Below, piece after piece: positions 39,206 to 49,970 of a stretch of 64,000 bases of DNA. Both the position numbers and the translations under genes were made by a program. The stretch lies in assembly GCA_045863295.1 (NCBI GenBank), contig BTWA01000006.1:32001-96000 (forward strand), given 5' to 3'. The notes below the pieces were generated by a model, which saw nothing but the letters and a program-made list of their open reading frames with translations, was not told the origin of the DNA and searched no databases. This DNA is from Candidatus Hydrogenedentota bacterium. GTDB taxonomy: Bacteria; Hydrogenedentota; Hydrogenedentia; Hydrogenedentales; SLHB01. Every line of letters starts with the position of its first letter. Positions within the stretch are counted from its first letter, which is position 1.

Positions 39206-40123
39206 TCAAGTGTCCAACGGCAGGACGTCTATTGAATCCAGAGTCAACCAATCTTGCGGTCTAAGATAGAAATCAGTCAACTCGGCTTCTGCGGAACCAG
39301 GCGCAGGCGCCCAATTGTAGCGCCATTCCGTCTTCGGGGGCATCGACATCAGTATGGATTCCGTTCGTCCGCCCGATTGCAGCCCGAACAATGTGCCACG
39401 GTCGTACAGCAGATTGAACTCCACGTAGCGCGATCGGCGGTAGCGTTGAAATGCCACCATGCTGTCGTCGTAAGGGCGATCACGATGGGCATCAATCAGT
39501 GGGCGATACAGACTGGGAAACTCCGAGGCGAGGGCGCAAACAAACTCAAAGTGTGCGGCTTTGTCGCGGTTTAAGTGATCGAAGAACAGTCCACCAACGC
39601 CACGGGTTTCCTGCCGGTGGCGCAAGTAGAAATACTGGTCGCAAGTCTCTTTGTGCTTCTGGTAATCCTCTTGGTGCGCGTCGCACAGCGATTTTAACGC
39701 ACGGTGAAAGGCGATGACGTCGGGCAAGCGGGGATAATACGGTGTCAAATCAATGCCGCCTCCAAACCACCAGACATTGCCTGCTTCAAAATACCGGACA
39801 TTCAAGTGGATGGTTGGCACGTTTGGATTTGTGGGGTGAATGACCAGGCTGATTCCTGTTGCGATAAACGGCGTTTCCGGGCCTATGTTGAATTGGGTTG
39901 CTGCCGAGGGGGGAAGCGCAAGGCCTCTAATGGCCGAAAAGTTCACACCGCCCTTTTCGATCAACCCGTTCCCTTCCCAGACACGGGTAACGCCGCCGCC
40001 ACTTCCCTTCTCGTAGTGCCATTGGTCTTCACGGAATGCCACACCTCCGGAGGCAACCAGAAAATCGCAAATAGCAGCGTGTATCGCCCGAAAACGCGCC
40101 TGAATGACTTCGGCGGTAGCCAT
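39206..40123 (-). CDS. hemF: Oxygen-dependent coproporphyrinogen III oxidase
   Basis: EKGGVNFS, WWFGGGIDLTP, RGVGGLFFD and RYVEFNLLYDRGTLFGLQSGGRTESILMS motifs. Confidence 0.97.
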   Translation of the reverse strand: MATAEVIQARFRAIHAAICDFLVASGGVAFREDQWHYEKGSGGGVTRVWEGNGLIEKGGVNFSAIRGLALPPSAATQFNIGPETPFIATGISLVIHPTNPNVPTIHLNVRYFEAGNVWWFGGGIDLTPYYPRLPDVIAFHRALKSLCDAHQEDYQKHKETCDQYFYLRHRQETRGVGGLFFDHLNRDKAAHFEFVCALASEFPSLYRPLIDAHRDRPYDDSMVAFQRYRRSRYVEFNLLYDRGTLFGLQSGGRTESILMSMPPKTEWRYNWAPAPGSAEAELTDFYLRPQDWLTLDSIDVLPLDT

Positions 40124-41760
40124 CACACGAGAGGCTTATCGTCCATGGTCCACCAGGTCATATTGGTCAAATCGCGATCCCGTTTCGGAAGCATCGCCCC
40201 CAGGGTATATCCCACGGCGAAGAAAATGATATGTCCAATGAGATCGGTGTAATACGGAAAAATCGGCGCTTTTAGCGAAGGACTCAGCGCACCTGCGGAG
40301 GAGAGCGACAACCACAGGGTAAACAGCATTGTGAATCCAATGGCGACCAGTATCGCACGGTCGTCGCCGACCTTTGTGAAGAAGCCGAGCAGATACAGTC
40401 CAAGCAACCCGCCGGACGTCATGGCCGTAAGAATGTTGGCTTTATCCTGGAGAGTGGTGTTTTGGGCCTGCATCAGTATGGTGGCGCCGACGATCATGAC
40501 TACACCCAATCCCCATCCGACGGACTTGGCGACAAAAACATAGTGATCGTCCGAACGGCCTGGGGCCACGTGACGCCGGTATATATCCACCAGCGAGACG
40601 GCTGACACGCTGTTTACGCTGGAAGACAAGCTGGACATGGCAGCCGCCAAGACGGCCGCAATCACAAGTCCAGTGATGCCAGGAGGCATAAAGTGGATGA
40701 CAAAATACGGAAGGATATCTTCAGCCTTCCTCTCACCCGACAATATCGCCATCGAGTCTGGAGTCGGATTCTGCTGGAAGAAGACCCAAAGTGCCGTGCC
40801 AAGAAACATAAACATGGCCCACGTCGGCACACTAAACAGACAGCATGTCCACATGGCAACGCGCGCTTCGCCCGGTGTTTTCGATGCGACGCATCGCTGA
40901 ATGACGTTTTGGTTACTGCAGTATTCCGCGAGCCACCGGCCTAATCCCACCAACATGAACAGCAGAACTGTCTTGTCGGCCAACATGGTGAATCCTTTGC
41001 TGGCATCTGGCAACCAAGGGACCGGGTACAGTTCCAAGTCGCCGGGCTTCCCTGATATATCGGACATGGAGAATTTACCGGCGTCCGCGGCAGTGGAGAC
41101 GATTTCAGAGATCCCCCCTGGGATCTTTGTAATTATGACGAAGAGTGCAATCAAACCGCCGGCCCACAGCACCAGCGACTGAATAAAATCAGTCCATAGA
41201 ACTGCTTTAATGCCGCCCATGACGGAGTAAAACGTGGTGATTACTCCGCCAGCCACAATGCAGACATAGGGATTCCAACCGAACATGTTCTTCATCAGCA
41301 GAGCTATCAAATAGAGAATTAGGCTCACCCGCACGAACTGCATTACGATGAATGCCGCGGCTGCGTATACTCGCGTCCAGGGACCAAAACGGCCCTCTAG
41401 ATACTCGTACGCAGAGGTAATGTGTGTCTTTCGAAAGAATGGCAAGAATAACGTGGTTGCGACCAAGATGGCGATGGGCATCACCCAGTTCGGGGACATG
41501 CGGTACCAAGCGGTTTTGTAAGCGTCGGCTGGATAGGCCATAAAGGTCACAGAACTGATGGATGTGGCAAACATCGAAAAGCCCAACAGCCAACCTTTAA
41601 AGTTGCGATCCCCCAGCAGATACCCTTCGGTAGTTTTGGATGAACTGGCGAAAATGGGCCCCATGGCCACCATGCCCGCGAAATATGCAATTAGAACGAC
41701 CCAATCGAGTATTGTAAAAGAAAAAGGCACAACAACTTCTGCCGCGACATTCTCAGGCAT
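40123..41760 (-). CDS. Sodium:solute symporter
   Basis: SMFATSISSVTF, SAYEYLEGRF, GGIKAVLWTD, QNVIQR and AAAMSSLSS motifs. Confidence 0.92.
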   Translation of the reverse strand: MPENVAAEVVVPFSFTILDWVVLIAYFAGMVAMGPIFASSSKTTEGYLLGDRNFKGWLLGFSMFATSISSVTFMAYPADAYKTAWYRMSPNWVMPIAILVATTLFLPFFRKTHITSAYEYLEGRFGPWTRVYAAAAFIVMQFVRVSLILYLIALLMKNMFGWNPYVCIVAGGVITTFYSVMGGIKAVLWTDFIQSLVLWAGGLIALFVIITKIPGGISEIVSTAADAGKFSMSDISGKPGDLELYPVPWLPDASKGFTMLADKTVLLFMLVGLGRWLAEYCSNQNVIQRCVASKTPGEARVAMWTCCLFSVPTWAMFMFLGTALWVFFQQNPTPDSMAILSGERKAEDILPYFVIHFMPPGITGLVIAAVLAAAMSSLSSSVNSVSAVSLVDIYRRHVAPGRSDDHYVFVAKSVGWGLGVVMIVGATILMQAQNTTLQDKANILTAMTSGGLLGLYLLGFFTKVGDDRAILVAIGFTMLFTLWLSLSSAGALSPSLKAPIFPYYTDLIGHIIFFAVGYTLGAMLPKRDRDLTNMTWWTMDDKPLV

Positions 41761-41943
41761 GACCCTGCTCCCCTTCGCGCGTTAACCCGGAACTAACATT
41801 CAGGGATGAACGCTAACATGTTTTGGCAGCATGGTCAAGATTGCGCCGAAATCACAATTCTTGAGTGCGGGAAAGTTCACGCGATACCATGATGCGAATG
41901 GCAGTAAAAAGGGGGCCTTACGGCCCAAAGGGGGTTTTCAGTC

Positions 41944-43188
41944 ATGAGCGCTTTCAAATTGGGTTTTATTGGTGCCGGGTTTATCGCCCGCTTTCAGGCG
42001 ACCGCGCTAAAGCTTGTGCGCGGTGTTGATCTGGTTGGGGTATATTCAGTCAAAGGTTCAGAAGAATTTGCCGAGTTTGCGAAGTCAAACGGGCTGGGCG
42101 ATTGCAAGGTTTATGCGAGTGTCGCCGAATTGTGTAACCACTGCGATGCAGTTGCGGTGCTAGCGCCGAATTTTGCTCGATTGGACCTTGTGGGTGAAGT
42201 GGCCAAAGCGAAGAAGGCTGGAGCAAATCTGAAAGGCATCATGTGCGAGAAGCCGTTAGGCCGCACCGTGCGTGAAGCCAAAGAACTCGTCAAGCTTGTG
42301 CGGGACGCGGGTCTCAAGACTGCGTATTTTGAAAACCAGATTCACATGAAGGCCATTAAGTCGGCACTGGCCCAGTTGGCGCCCGTACAAAAAGCGATGG
42401 GACCGCTGACACTTTCCCGTTCCGCCGAGGAACATGCCGGACCGCATATGCCGTGGTTCTGGGATCCAACTCAACAAGGTGGCGGTGTGTTGTCCGATAT
42501 GGGATGCCACAGCATCGCGGTGGGATGGTTTGTATTAAATCCTGCCGGGACGAGCCCCACATTTATGAAGCCGGTTTCAGTGAATGCGGAAACGGCTTTG
42601 CTGAAATGGGGCACACCCAAGCACCGCAAACAACTTCTGGACCGCATGGGGGTGGATTACGCAAAAACACCGGCCGAAGATTTCGCGACCGGGTTGGTTA
42701 CCTTCAAGAATCCGGATACGGGACAAATTGCCAAGGCGCAATTTACGAACTCCTGGATGTACGACAAGCAGGGACTTCGACTGCTCATGGATGGGTTGGG
42801 CGCGGGATACGCCTTTGAAGTAAATTCTCTCAAGTCGCCGCTGGAAGTGTTTATCGGTGACGAGGCGGCCGAGGCGGTGGCCGATGCCGAAACCGCATTG
42901 GAAAAGGCGACCGCGTCACGGGGTTTGCTGACCGTCCAGCCAAACGAGGCGGATTTGTACGGATATGTGGATGAACTCGCGGACGCGATCGCCGCATTCC
43001 AGGAAGGTCGCGACGCGCTCCTTGACTTCGAATACGGCTTGGAAATAACCCGTTTGTGTCAGGCGTCGTATCTGTCCGCGGAAAAGGGCAAGGTCATCGA
43101 TTTGACCGACCCCGCGACGGACAGCGAGTTGGAAAAGTACACGTCACTTATCGCCCAAGGGCGCGGCGGCGAAATCCTTTATACTTGA
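41944..43188 (+). CDS. Gfo/Idh/MocA oxidoreductase
   Basis: GFIGAGFIA, CEKPLGR and GGGVLSDMGCH motifs. Confidence 0.9.
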   Translation: MSAFKLGFIGAGFIARFQATALKLVRGVDLVGVYSVKGSEEFAEFAKSNGLGDCKVYASVAELCNHCDAVAVLAPNFARLDLVGEVAKAKKAGANLKGIMCEKPLGRTVREAKELVKLVRDAGLKTAYFENQIHMKAIKSALAQLAPVQKAMGPLTLSRSAEEHAGPHMPWFWDPTQQGGGVLSDMGCHSIAVGWFVLNPAGTSPTFMKPVSVNAETALLKWGTPKHRKQLLDRMGVDYAKTPAEDFATGLVTFKNPDTGQIAKAQFTNSWMYDKQGLRLLMDGLGAGYAFEVNSLKSPLEVFIGDEAAEAVADAETALEKATASRGLLTVQPNEADLYGYVDELADAIAAFQEGRDALLDFEYGLEITRLCQASYLSAEKGKVIDLTDPATDSELEKYTSLIAQGRGGEILYT

Positions 43189-43211
43189 CACTATTCGCTA
43201 TCTAACTTTGG

Positions 43212-43255
43212 AAAGGGGCTCTCGTACCGATCTCACGAGAGCCCCTTTTGTTTTT
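43212..43255 (+). terminator. Intrinsic terminator
   Basis: AAAGGGGCTCTCGT...ACGAGAGCCCCTTTTGTTTTT. Confidence 0.85.
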
Positions 43256-43632
43256 GGTGGGTGCCCTTGATACCGCCTGCGTAGGTCCGCAAACGAAGCA
43301 AACCGGCCGCTCAGACATAGGGGCAGCTGTGTGGGAATAACTACTGTGAAGCAATACCGGGTTCTTGCCACTGTACAGTTTCGGGTGATGGGCATCCACC
43401 CCATCCGGTACATAGCTCATATGCCAGTAGTTAAAACCTAGGTGGCCGAATTCTCATCGGAGTTCCCGGTCGATGTCCCTACCATTGCGAGGGACGGAAA
43501 GCTTCGGGAAATACTACGCCAAAACGGAAAGCCGGTAGCCGGCGACGAGGTAGTTCACTGAACCATTTCATTGTTGCCGTGAAATTGTGCTTTAATCCCG
43601 TCGATTCAACCGGCTGTTCGAGAGGAGCAATC

Positions 43633-44592
43633 ATGGGTGATAGCGTGAGCATCCAAGTATCTGGATTGCGCAAGGTGTACCGGGACGGTTTGCTTGGGCA
43701 ACGACGCATCGATGCTGTCAAAGGAATTTCGTTTCAAGTTCGAGACGGAGAGATCTTTGGGCTTCTTGGACCAAACGGCGCGGGCAAGACGACTACTGTC
43801 AAGATGTTGCTGGGTATAGTCAAGAAATCGGGCGGCGAGGCGCTACTTTTGGGAAAGCCTGCCGGCGATCGTGCCAGCCGTCGCGCGGTGGGATATCTTC
43901 CAGAAAATCTGCGCATCCCCTTGCACCACACCGGGGCGTCTGCTTTGGCCTACTATGGCCGTTTGAGCGGACTTTCCGGCGCTGAGATAAGGCGTCTGAC
44001 GCCAGGCCTGCTGGATCTGGTCGGGTTGAGCCAATGGGGAAAGACGCGCGTCAAGAAGTACTCGAAAGGCATGTTGCAAAGACTGGGTCTGGCTCAGGCG
44101 ATGATGCATGATCCCCAGGTGCTTGTCCTGGATGAACCCACCGACGGCGTGGATCCCGTGGGACGAAATGAGATCAGAATCATTCTTAAGCGGTTGAAAG
44201 AACAAGGTAAGACGGTCTTATTGAACAGCCATTTGTTGCAGGAAGTGGAACTGGTGTGCGATCGCGTAGTGATCATGCAGCATGGAGAAGTGTTACAGGA
44301 GAGCGATGTGTCGAGCTTGACGCAGCGCGATGGGCGTGAAATGGAAATGACGGTGTTGGCGCCGGATTCTGTTGTTGAAGCCGCGCTGGCCGGGCTTCCG
44401 TTTGAGCGAATGGGCCGCTCGACCGGCGGTGAATTGTCGATTGTGATTCAAGCCGATAGCCAGCGCTCGCTGGACTCCTATGTAGACGCGTTGCGTCGAT
44501 CAGGCGTCAGTATTACTTCTATCGTTCGACGCCGGCAAACCTTGGAAGAAGCATTTTTGCGGCTGGTCGGCCAGAAAGACCGCATTCCGTGA
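43633..44592 (+). CDS. ABC-2 type transporter ATP-binding protein
   Basis: GPNGAGKTT, YSKGM, LDEPT and SH motifs. Confidence 0.93.
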   Translation: MGDSVSIQVSGLRKVYRDGLLGQRRIDAVKGISFQVRDGEIFGLLGPNGAGKTTTVKMLLGIVKKSGGEALLLGKPAGDRASRRAVGYLPENLRIPLHHTGASALAYYGRLSGLSGAEIRRLTPGLLDLVGLSQWGKTRVKKYSKGMLQRLGLAQAMMHDPQVLVLDEPTDGVDPVGRNEIRIILKRLKEQGKTVLLNSHLLQEVELVCDRVVIMQHGEVLQESDVSSLTQRDGREMEMTVLAPDSVVEAALAGLPFERMGRSTGGELSIVIQADSQRSLDSYVDALRRSGVSITSIVRRRQTLEEAFLRLVGQKDRIP

Positions 44593-46868
44593 GGCCGTAT
44601 CTAGCCATTATTCGTGACTGTTTCCACGAGGCGTTTTCTTCGCGCGTGCTTTGGATACTGGTGAGTTTGACTACGCTAATTCTCGTGGTTCTTTCCATGT
44701 TTTCCGTTTACGAGCAGCCGCCAACGCGAATTCGTCCTTGGGACTTTAACGATATGTTGGGGTTTGCCCGAACCATTGCAGGCGCGTCGGATGATGGCGA
44801 ACTAACTCCCGCCGATCGAGTTTGGGATGTTCTGGACGCGGATTTGCAAGCGCGGTTAAAACAGCGACTTGAAGACAGTGGCCGTGGACGGCGCCGAATG
44901 TTTGGTGCGGCGTTTGAACTGGCGGACGCAATTAGCGATATGGACGATCCGCAGTCGTTCTACGATCCCGAAGCCTGGAAGAATACGGAATTGTCCGACG
45001 AGGCAAAACAGTTGTTGGATAAGGGAGTCACAAGCTTATCGGAACCGGAGGTTCGGCATCTGAACGTGTTACTGATCTCAGATGCCTTTCCGGCAATGAT
45101 TGAACGCCGGACCGGATTCGAATCGCGATTGACATTTCTGGGAATGGATTCGGGCGATTCGCTTCCCATTCCGCGGGAGACGGTGATCGGCAATGTCATC
45201 AACTCAATCACGAGCTTTCTTGTAGGGGTCTTGGGACTTTTTGTGGCACTTCTCGTGACTGCATCCATGATTCCGCAGACGTATAACGAGGGGGCAATCG
45301 AACTTCTGTTGAGCAAGCCCATAAACCGGTCAATGCTTTTTCTTTCCAAGTATGTAGGTGGCTGCGCCTTTGTACTAATAAACAGCGTATACCTTCTGGG
45401 CGGCTTGTGGCTTCTCGCGGGTGTGCGGTTCAACTACTGGCAATCTGCCATTCTCGTTTGCATTGGTCTGCTCATACTACTCTTTATGATCTACTACGCC
45501 GTCTCCGCGCTCGCCGGCGTGATTTGGCGCAATGCAATTGTGTCTGTCGTGGTTACCATCATCTTCTGGTTTACGTGCACCATCGTGGGCATCGTGAAAC
45601 AAGTTACGGAAGAGATTGTGTTTGAGCCAAGTGAGGCGTCGCATGTGATCGCCGCGGGTGATCGCGTGGTCATGACTTCCCGCCAGGGCAGTGTCTACAT
45701 GTGGGAACCGGGAAGCAACGACTGGATGGAGATTCTGCGCACCAATACGGAAGCCATACCGCTGGTGGAAAACAGCGTGCTCGCGATTGCATATGATTCC
45801 GTTGGAGATCGACTGCTGGCCTTTCAAGAACTTCCCCTTGAACAGCTGGCCTCGATTGCCGGGGGTGAGGTTTCCATGGAAGGCGCGTTCGCCCTGATCA
45901 TCGGCCGACAGGAATTCGAGTGGGAGCGGGAATCAGGACCTGTGCTCAGAGATCACCCCCGCCGCATCATTCCCACAACGGAGGGATTGGTATTTGTGGA
46001 AGGCGCCGAGGGGCTGTACCGACTTGATACGGCCGGCGACGAACCTCGTTTTGTCGAGGTAGCACAAGAGCTGGAACTCAATTCCAATGTCCTCTACGCG
46101 TTGAATCCATCGACGTTGGCGATTGCCGTGGTAAATGGCCAGTTCCTGACCGTGTATGAGCGCGGTTCGGATGGATTTTATATTCAAACCAAACGTCAGC
46201 GCCTGGAGGAATTCAAAGCGCGCACAATCGCTTTTCAGCATCAAGCCGTCGCCCTTGCGGGAGAAGGCGTGCAGGTTCAAATACGACAAGCCGATACGCT
46301 GTCGCTTGCCTATGAGTTTGGACTTTCCGGCGATACCAATCCTGAAGAATTGCTCCTGACGACCGACGGTTCAACCGCTGCCGTGCTTGATGAAGATGGA
46401 AACCTTGGCCTGTATGACTCGCAGGGAAATGCGGTTTTCCCGCGTTGGATACCACAAGGGGATGTCACTGCGTTTGCATTTGACGTAGAGAATGCGTTGC
46501 TGACGAATGGCTCATATCGATCGGTTCTGCGATCGACAGAAAGCCGCGATCAAGTGGCCGAGCGCATACGCCCCCCGCTGACGGGCACGGAAATCTTTTA
46601 CCGCTATCTCGCTTATCCATTCTACGTCATTTTTCCAAAACCCAATGAGCTCAATCGGATGGTCGCTCATCTGCTATCCGAATTGAAACCGGAACCTATC
46701 GCGGCTGCAGGCTTCAGCATCGCCCCGGAGGCTGTACCTCCCACTCCGGCGACTACTCTCCCCCCCCCGGACCGTGACATGTATGTCTACGCCATTTGGA
46801 GCAATGCCGCATTCATTGGTGTTGCCCTGTTACTCGGTTGCATGTTCGTGTCCAGGAAGGACTATTGA
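44589..46868 (+). CDS. ABC-2 type permease with large soluble insertions
   Basis: ELLLSKPINR...KYVG motif, transmembrane helices, C-terminal SRKDY; about 330-aa beta-rich insert. Confidence 0.8.
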   Translation: MRPYLAIIRDCFHEAFSSRVLWILVSLTTLILVVLSMFSVYEQPPTRIRPWDFNDMLGFARTIAGASDDGELTPADRVWDVLDADLQARLKQRLEDSGRGRRRMFGAAFELADAISDMDDPQSFYDPEAWKNTELSDEAKQLLDKGVTSLSEPEVRHLNVLLISDAFPAMIERRTGFESRLTFLGMDSGDSLPIPRETVIGNVINSITSFLVGVLGLFVALLVTASMIPQTYNEGAIELLLSKPINRSMLFLSKYVGGCAFVLINSVYLLGGLWLLAGVRFNYWQSAILVCIGLLILLFMIYYAVSALAGVIWRNAIVSVVVTIIFWFTCTIVGIVKQVTEEIVFEPSEASHVIAAGDRVVMTSRQGSVYMWEPGSNDWMEILRTNTEAIPLVENSVLAIAYDSVGDRLLAFQELPLEQLASIAGGEVSMEGAFALIIGRQEFEWERESGPVLRDHPRRIIPTTEGLVFVEGAEGLYRLDTAGDEPRFVEVAQELELNSNVLYALNPSTLAIAVVNGQFLTVYERGSDGFYIQTKRQRLEEFKARTIAFQHQAVALAGEGVQVQIRQADTLSLAYEFGLSGDTNPEELLLTTDGSTAAVLDEDGNLGLYDSQGNAVFPRWIPQGDVTAFAFDVENALLTNGSYRSVLRSTESRDQVAERIRPPLTGTEIFYRYLAYPFYVIFPKPNELNRMVAHLLSELKPEPIAAAGFSIAPEAVPPTPATTLPPPDRDMYVYAIWSNAAFIGVALLLGCMFVSRKDY

Positions 46869-47677
46869 GTGCGACGGCTGCGTTCAGGTCGAAGCATAGC
46901 GAGCGTAAAGTGGTCCCCGTCCGGACGGACCTGGCATGGACACCCAAACGCTTCGGTCAAGATATCCGAAGTCAGTGTGTCCGATCGATTGCCTGCCTTG
47001 AGCACTTGGCCGCCTCGCAGCACCAACACGTCGGTCAGCCACGGCCCAATCTCTTCAATGTGGTGTGTGACATATATGATGTTGGGGGCTTCGGCCTTCG
47101 CTGCAAGCCGACGCAGATCATCGAGAAACGCCCTTCGGGCCCCCGGATCCAGGCCGGCACAGGGTTCATCCAGAATGAGCAATCCGGGCTGAGCGATCAG
47201 CGCGCGCGCGATCAGTGTTCGCTGCTGCTCGCCTTGCGAGAGCAATCCATATGCTCGTTCTGTGAATGAATGGGCTCCAACCGCCTTCAAACACTCTTCC
47301 GCCAGAGTTCGTTCAGCCGTCCGGAATTCACGGTACACTCCGAGAGAAGCTTCAAATCCGGATAGCACCACGTCCATGGCGCTGTCTTCTGTCGGGATCC
47401 TGTGTTCCAACGCCGAACTCACATATCCGATGGATCGTCGCAGAATGCGGACATCACACTGTCCCAGCCGATGTCCCATGACCTCGACGGTCCCCTCGGT
47501 CGGCCATTCATATCCGGTGATAATCTTTAGAAGCGTTGTTTTACCCGAACCGTTGGCACCCAACAAAGCTGTGTGGCGGCCGGACAACATGGTCCAGCTG
47601 AGTCCGTCAAGGATGATATTTCCTGAACGAATGAATGTCACATCCTCGAGTTTCACAGCGTTTGGCGTCAGGCCCAC
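46862..47677 (-). CDS. ABC ATP-binding protein (ModF-like); start uncertain
   Basis: GANGSGKTT, LSQGEQQR, LDEPCAGLD and VTHHIEEI motifs. Confidence 0.88.
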   Translation of the reverse strand: MGLTPNAVKLEDVTFIRSGNIILDGLSWTMLSGRHTALLGANGSGKTTLLKIITGYEWPTEGTVEVMGHRLGQCDVRILRRSIGYVSSALEHRIPTEDSAMDVVLSGFEASLGVYREFRTAERTLAEECLKAVGAHSFTERAYGLLSQGEQQRTLIARALIAQPGLLILDEPCAGLDPGARRAFLDDLRRLAAKAEAPNIIYVTHHIEEIGPWLTDVLVLRGGQVLKAGNRSDTLTSDILTEAFGCPCQVRPDGDHFTLAMLRPERSRRTQ

Positions 47678-48342
47678 CCCTCTTCCCCTATCAGCGGAAC
47701 AAAAACGCACCCAATGATATCTTCTGTAATGTAGGTATCGCCACGGCGTACCATCCTAATCAACCTTTGTCCATCCCGTGGGCCTACGGGGCATACAAGG
47801 CATCCACCTTCCGCCAGTTGTACTTTAAGGCTTTTGGGAATGCGGGGACCGCCAGCCGTTACAATGATGCCATCGAATGGAGCGAGCTCCGGCCAACCAA
47901 GGGTTCCATCTCCCACGTGCACACAGACGTTGTCGTATCCGAGGGCCACCAGGCGTTTCTGTGCCTGTTCCGCAAGTTCCACTTTACGTTCCACGGTGTG
48001 TACTTCGGCACAAAGTACCGACAAAATGGCACTTTGATAGCCAGAACCTGTTCCAATCTCGAGCATACGGTCGGTGTGACCTGGTTCAAGAAGTTCTGTC
48101 ATCATGGCTACCATATAAGGTTGCGAAATGGTCTGACCTTCGCCTATTTCCACCGGTTTGTCTTCATACGCCCGAGATTGGGCCGATTCGGGTACGAACA
48201 GGTGGCGCGGAACCGTCCGCATGGCATTCAGAACGTGGGGATCGGAGATTCCACGGTTCTCGAGCTGGGATGCGACCATATCCCGGCGAGTTTCCCAGTA
48301 CGGGTCGTTCAGCAACTCAAGTCTCCTGAGGAGCTTCGGCAA
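47668..48342 (-). CDS. pcm: Protein-L-isoaspartate O-methyltransferase
   Basis: VPRHLFV, GQTISQPYMVA, LEIGTGSGYQ and FVPLIG motifs. Confidence 0.96.
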   Translation of the reverse strand: MPKLLRRLELLNDPYWETRRDMVASQLENRGISDPHVLNAMRTVPRHLFVPESAQSRAYEDKPVEIGEGQTISQPYMVAMMTELLEPGHTDRMLEIGTGSGYQSAILSVLCAEVHTVERKVELAEQAQKRLVALGYDNVCVHVGDGTLGWPELAPFDGIIVTAGGPRIPKSLKVQLAEGGCLVCPVGPRDGQRLIRMVRRGDTYITEDIIGCVFVPLIGEEGWA

Positions 48343-48403
48343 TGCATGAAGATGGCCGAGGTTTTTTCACCCGAACACTTCAGTGTGTTGCACCTGTTGG
48401 AAA

Positions 48404-48688
48404 TTAAAGCGGAGCCATGCCAAGAAGTGTACCTACTAATATAGTCCGGGTTATCCAGAGTCCAACGACAGCGGCGAGGGGTGCGAAGTCCATGGGGCCG
48501 ATAGATGGAAGTACGCCACGCAACATAGATAGTAACGGATCGGTGACACGAGGGATTGTTCGCCACCAACCCGAACGCAAATCCAGCTCCAACCATGGCC
48601 CTAGCCACCGCAGCAAGATGGCGATCATATAAAGGGTCATGCCGGCATACAGTGCTCTGGCTAGCAATTCGAAGACGTTTATGGTCAT
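48404..48688 (-). CDS. YggT-family membrane protein
   Basis: RVTDPLL...R..LP..GPMDFAPL. Confidence 0.85.
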   Translation of the reverse strand: MTINVFELLARALYAGMTLYMIAILLRWLGPWLELDLRSGWWRTIPRVTDPLLSMLRGVLPSIGPMDFAPLAAVVGLWITRTILVGTLLGMAPL

Positions 48689-49245
48689 GGCTTTAGCTCT
48701 AACGTGTGCAATCGCGTGTACGTGGGACCACTTCGAGTCAGTTCACTGGAGAATAATGACACAGCGGTGACAGAAATGGAACCACAGGCAAGTGGAGCGA
48801 TACGACTAAACATGGGTTGCAGAGATTTGCCCGCCACCGCTGATCGTACACGCCCAAGGGTCACGTGAGGAGTGAAAGGCCTGTCGTCTGGCTCAAATCC
48901 CTCCGACTGCGCCGCCAATTCGGCCACCGACTGAATCGTAGCCAATTCCTCACCGTCCGTTTCAATGCCGGCCCAAATCACGCTGGGACGGTGGGTGCTG
49001 GGAAAAGCGCCAAGCTTGCGGACCTCAATATCAAAGGTATGAACATCGCTGATACCCGAGGCGAATTTCAGAATTAAGTTCTCCATTTGCTGGAAACTGG
49101 CATCCGCCATAAACCGCAGTGTCAAATGCATTCTTTCCGGAGGAACCCACGAAATGCCTTTGACACTTCGCAACGATTCTGTGTGGTGCCAGATGTAATG
49201 GCTTATGCTGTCTGGAAGCACGATGGCGAGAAAGGCGCGCATCAC
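48685..49245 (-). CDS. thpR: RNA 2',3'-cyclic phosphodiesterase (2H family)
   Basis: MRAFLAI, HLTLRF, PHVTLGR and S.LT..GP.Y motifs. Confidence 0.93.
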   Translation of the reverse strand: MMRAFLAIVLPDSISHYIWHHTESLRSVKGISWVPPERMHLTLRFMADASFQQMENLILKFASGISDVHTFDIEVRKLGAFPSTHRPSVIWAGIETDGEELATIQSVAELAAQSEGFEPDDRPFTPHVTLGRVRSAVAGKSLQPMFSRIAPLACGSISVTAVSLFSSELTRSGPTYTRLHTLELKP

Positions 49246-49246
49246 T

Positions 49247-49924
49247 TCAAGCCAACTCGTGAACGATCAGCTCTCGCCACGCTTTGTCGTCCCAACAGAC
49301 TTCCGGGATGCCAATATCGGCTATTACGACCTTGCCGAGATAGGGTATTGCTTCGGGATTGGTGAACCCTACTTTTTGACACTGAAGGGATACCGTAACA
49401 TGCGCGTGGATACAGACATCTTCTGCTCGCCCGGTGTCGGCATTGAGTCCGGACGGCACATCGACAGCTATGGTGTACATATCTGGCCACTGCGCGATCG
49501 CAAACCGGTAAGGTTCCCTGGGGGCGCCTGTAAAGCCAGTCCCCAACATGGCATCGACAAGCGTGCAACAGCGATCCAGCGACTTCAAGGCGCGTTCTGC
49601 CTCAATTCCCGTACTCGCCAATGCAACGTATCCCCCCAATTTCTGGTAACTTTTCAAGAAGGTGGCGGCATCGCCCGAAACGTCGGATGGATCGCACAAG
49701 AGAATGACTTTAACGTCCATTTTGGCCTGCAGAGCCAACCGGGCGACAACAAAGCCGTCACCTCCGTTGTTGCCCTTTCCACATACCACGCCGACGGGTC
49801 CGCAAGGAATTTGACTAAAGACCGCCATTCCAGCGTTGTTCATCAGGACTGCACCCGGTATGCCCAGTACTTCGATACAGCGCCGATCGGCTTCTCGCAT
49901 TTGAGCCACAGTGAGCGAACGCAT
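49247..49924 (-). CDS. nnrE: NAD(P)H-hydrate epimerase (stand-alone YjeF_N)
   Basis: QMREAD, LMNNAG, CGKGNNGGDG, VDAMLGTG, AVDVPSG and ADIGIP motifs. Confidence 0.92.
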   Translation of the reverse strand: MRSLTVAQMREADRRCIEVLGIPGAVLMNNAGMAVFSQIPCGPVGVVCGKGNNGGDGFVVARLALQAKMDVKVILLCDPSDVSGDAATFLKSYQKLGGYVALASTGIEAERALKSLDRCCTLVDAMLGTGFTGAPREPYRFAIAQWPDMYTIAVDVPSGLNADTGRAEDVCIHAHVTVSLQCQKVGFTNPEAIPYLGKVVIADIGIPEVCWDDKAWRELIVHELA

Positions 49925-49970
49925 GCCTTCATGATAAACCCATGGGTTGGGCTTGGCAACTGAGCCTGCG

